A stretch of DNA of 60,518 nt. Source: a virus. Its lineage: Duplodnaviria > Heunggongvirae > Uroviricota > Caudoviricetes. Positions within the stretch are counted from its first letter, which is position 1; each line of letters opens with the position of its first letter. The position numbers and the translations under genes are program-made. This document shows, in pieces, positions 58,118 through 60,518 of the stretch. The DNA is taken from IMG/VR virus record IMGVR_UViG_3300027509_000001, positions 128,001 through 188,518 of that record, one strand, 5' to 3'. Under the pieces are notes generated by a model. The model saw only the letters and a list, made by a program, of their open reading frames with translations, did not search any database and was not told the origin of the DNA.

Positions 58118-58477
58118 TTAAAGGTCTAACAACCTATCGATAATTAATTTGTGTTTGTACCAAGGCAAGTCTACTCTAAGTTGTCCATTCAGTACATATG
58201 TAAATGAGTGAGTGGTGTCTAATAATGTAAAATTCTTTATTCGATTTATCTTTTTTGCTTTTTTAGGCTCTAATGGCTCTGGTAATGTTTCTTCGAGAAC
58301 ACATAATATACTGTCTAATCTATGCAGTTCCTTATCCCACTCGGCTAGAAGTTTAGCGTTATGGCTTATTTTAGGATCCTGTAGAACTGGTTCTTTGACA
58401 AATATAGATTTGATTGCAGAGTAATGTATAATGATCAGCAATATTGCTATCGAGAAAATAACTAATTTATTCTTCAT
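58118..58477 (-). CDS. membrane-anchored hypothetical protein
   Basis: N-terminal TM helix. Confidence 0.5.
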   Translation of the reverse strand: MKNKLVIFSIAILLIIIHYSAIKSIFVKEPVLQDPKISHNAKLLAEWDKELHRLDSILCVLEETLPEPLEPKKAKKINRIKNFTLLDTTHSFTYVLNGQLRVDLPWYKHKLIIDRLLDL

Positions 58478-58499
58478 ATCTTTTAAATTTTTAAGTTAT

Positions 58500-58529
58500 A
58501 AAAAAGGGTTAAGCGACGAAACTTAACCC
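58500..58529 (-). terminator. intrinsic terminator
   Basis: GGGTTAAG/CTTAACCC followed by U6. Confidence 0.75.
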
Positions 58530-58773
58530 AATTTACCATAAACACGAAAACACTCTATATCTGATAGACAGCAGAAGATTCGCACTTCTTAACGGTTACT
58601 TCTAAACAATGTAAGCAACTGCCTATATATCTTTAAACTACTTTTTAAAATAGTATTTTGTGCCGACTCCAAACACAAATAACAGTATTTAATCGCATTT
58701 TTCTTTATCTGGAGGTTGCGAACTTCAATTGCTCTGTGAATACTATTTCTTTTCGTAGTAGTAATATCTTTTT

Positions 58774-58805
58774 AAAAAATAGAGGGCTAACTACTTCCCT
58801 CTATT
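58774..58805 (-). terminator. intrinsic terminator
   Basis: AATAGAGGG/CCCTCTATT followed by a U-run. Confidence 0.75.
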
Positions 58806-58940
58806 ATATTCTCAACAAAAATAACTTAACGTTTTAACGTCAGTAAGTATCTAACTTTTTAAATACAATGTAAATATAATGCCATTATTGTCACACTTCA
58901 AGTATTATTACCTATTTAACATTTTCTTAACATTCGAGAT

Positions 58941-58976
58941 AAAAAATGGGCAATGAAACTGTTAAGCCATTGCCCA
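58941..58976 (-). terminator. intrinsic terminator
   Basis: TGGGCAATG/CATTGCCCA followed by U6. Confidence 0.8.
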
Positions 58977-59018
58977 GAAGGTAGTTATAGTTGTTGAGTT
59001 GTTACTTTAAACTATATC

Positions 59019-59441
59019 TTACCTGTACGTATCCAGATCTGGATAATACGTAGATGATGATTGATCGTCTTTTGTTGTGGTCATTGCATTATAAACGCTC
59101 TCAGCGTCTGTTATATCTATTCTTAGCTGCTTTATCTTGTCTTTGAGTATAACTGCTCCCTCATAGTCTTCTTTAGCTGCCAGGGCCTTTAAATCACGTT
59201 CCATATTCTCTTGCTTTATTTGCATGTTGAGAATATTTTCTTGAATTCTATTAATGTCATTGCTAGCTGGTGAGGTTTGAATCGTTGGTTGAAACCGTTG
59301 TGTTACTCGAGTATACCCATTACCTGATTCAGTCGTTACTATTACATATCCTCCAGTGACATCAAACTTTTCCTGAACTGCATCGGTAATTCTAGGTGGT
59401 ATAATAAAAGCATCGAAAAATGCCTTAGTAAATTTGTTCAT
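59019..59441 (-). CDS. UVR (UvrB/C) coiled-coil motif protein
   Basis: LKALAAKEDYEGAVILKDKIKQL. Confidence 0.65.
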   Translation of the reverse strand: MNKFTKAFFDAFIIPPRITDAVQEKFDVTGGYVIVTTESGNGYTRVTQRFQPTIQTSPASNDINRIQENILNMQIKQENMERDLKALAAKEDYEGAVILKDKIKQLRIDITDAESVYNAMTTTKDDQSSSTYYPDLDTYR

Positions 59442-59610
59442 AAATCCTATCCTTTGTATTAAGTGTTTTAAATAATTAATTAAATATAGTAAAAAGTTAT
59501 CACTTATCCAAATTAAAAGCGAAGTGAATTGTTTTTAGATTTTTGTATCGGTTGAAGATTTAATTATTCTTTTTAATAAAATATCAGAAATATCTGAGAA
59601 CTTATAGATT

Positions 59611-59658
59611 TTAACAATTTCTTAACAGCATCTGAGTTAAATAATGCTTATATTTATA
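59611..59658 (+). promoter_or_regulatory. divergent promoter TTAACA-N5-TTAACA-N21-TATATTTATA
   Basis: same geometry as the minus-strand promoters. Confidence 0.75.
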
Positions 59659-59678
59659 ATGTAATAAAAAGCAATTTA

Positions 59679-59993
59679 ATGAAAATATATACAGTAAAAG
59701 AACAAGTGCCAGCTCCATCAATAACTAGCAATGATTATGATGCTGCAATGGACAAGTATAAAAGGGATGTTGAATCCTTAATTCGCAAAAACTTCAAACC
59801 AAATAAGTATACGGGCAAGATAGTTAAGTTTGCAGTCGCAGATGGAACCGCTGACTATATGATGATAAGTACCACGAAACTTATCCATATGGAGTATATG
59901 GATGCCTACAATTATCCAATGATCGAGAGAATGACGAGCAGCGAATTACTAATTCATTTGAAATATCAAGAAAAATTTACCATTAAATCATAA
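59679..59993 (+). CDS. hypothetical protein
   Basis: first gene of the plus-strand unit. Confidence 0.6.
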   Translation: MKIYTVKEQVPAPSITSNDYDAAMDKYKRDVESLIRKNFKPNKYTGKIVKFAVADGTADYMMISTTKLIHMEYMDAYNYPMIERMTSSELLIHLKYQEKFTIKS

Positions 59994-59996
59994 AAC

Positions 59997-60332
59997 ATGC
60001 ATTATTCAAAATACACTCATGACCATATTCTTAATATGATAGAGTTAGGACATGTAGCTTCAGTTCCATCAAAGATACCCAATGCCGTAGTTGTTATTGA
60101 CACTAAGACAAATAACACGTTGTCATTAGAAACTCGCAATGGTACTAATGTAATAGCCTTTAAATCTAATATTAAGCCTGCTTCCTATACTGTAAATGCA
60201 GCGAAGCGTCTGATGTCTGGGCAAAAGGGTTTAAGAGCCATTCCTTTGAAAGAATACTATAAAGCAAAGATTAATAAGATGCAATCTGAATTAAGAATGT
60301 TGCTAGAAGTAGATGCAGTAATTCCTTATTAA
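59997..60332 (+). CDS. hypothetical protein
   Basis: ORF track. Confidence 0.55.
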   Translation: MHYSKYTHDHILNMIELGHVASVPSKIPNAVVVIDTKTNNTLSLETRNGTNVIAFKSNIKPASYTVNAAKRLMSGQKGLRAIPLKEYYKAKINKMQSELRMLLEVDAVIPY

Positions 60333-60342
60333 AAAAAGAAAT

Positions 60343-60510
60343 ATGTATAGTTGGAAACTTAACCCGTTAAATTTATCAGAAGGATTAATATCAGACAAGG
60401 ATTTGAACATTGTAGCAAGGGTATTTGAAACTGATTATGTACACCATTCCAATCCAAAGAAAGCAATGGAAAGAGAAGCTGAATTTATTACGTTTAAATT
60501 GAATCGATAA
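60343..60510 (+). CDS. 55-aa hypothetical protein
   Basis: MYSWKLNPL..FKLNR* read manually. Confidence 0.4.
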   Translation: MYSWKLNPLNLSEGLISDKDLNIVARVFETDYVHHSNPKKAMEREAEFITFKLNR

Positions 60511-60518
60511 AATAAAAA

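Noticed and set aside
198-58424. Plus-strand ORFs in the track before 59.6 kb (e.g. 2710..3126, 12966..13346, 44251..44766, 44727..45254)
   Set aside because: Antisense shadows of well-supported minus-strand genes, with no motifs.

Overview
An AT-rich 60.5 kb segment of a large tailed (myovirus-like) phage genome. The host is most likely a Bacteroidota species, inferred from TTG-N19/20-TAnnTTTG promoters and outer-membrane beta-barrel genes. Almost everything is on the minus strand until a divergent promoter near 59.6 kb. In order: a baseplate/tail module with a gp55-like late sigma factor (0.7-18 kb); an endolysin and small enzymes (18-24 kb); an array of 22 tRNA or tRNA-like genes interleaved with small ORFs (24.1-29.9 kb); an RNA-repair/translation-rescue block (macrodomain, Rnl2-like ligase, alarmone-hydrolase-like HD protein, Pnk, Rnl1, CCA-adding enzyme; 31-39.7 kb); a permuted two-piece tmRNA with an endonuclease ORF in its intervening segment (40-41 kb); DNA-repair genes (43-46 kb); and many small early ORFs. 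The best candidate for an undescribed system is a ribosome-mediated attenuator heading the tRNA array. Its 34-codon leader samples nearly every codon class served by the downstream tRNAs, and its stop codon lies within an antiterminator, which suggests a general tRNA-depletion sensor. Other highlights: a rearranged D-armless tRNA-Ile, tRNA-His and tRNA-Asp with long variable arms, an endonuclease whose stop codon lies inside the tmRNA 5' end, and a recurring TTAACA-N5-TTAACA-N21-TATATT promoter architecture. All calls come from manual motif reading with no database searches. Several single-base frameshifts suggest possible assembly indels.
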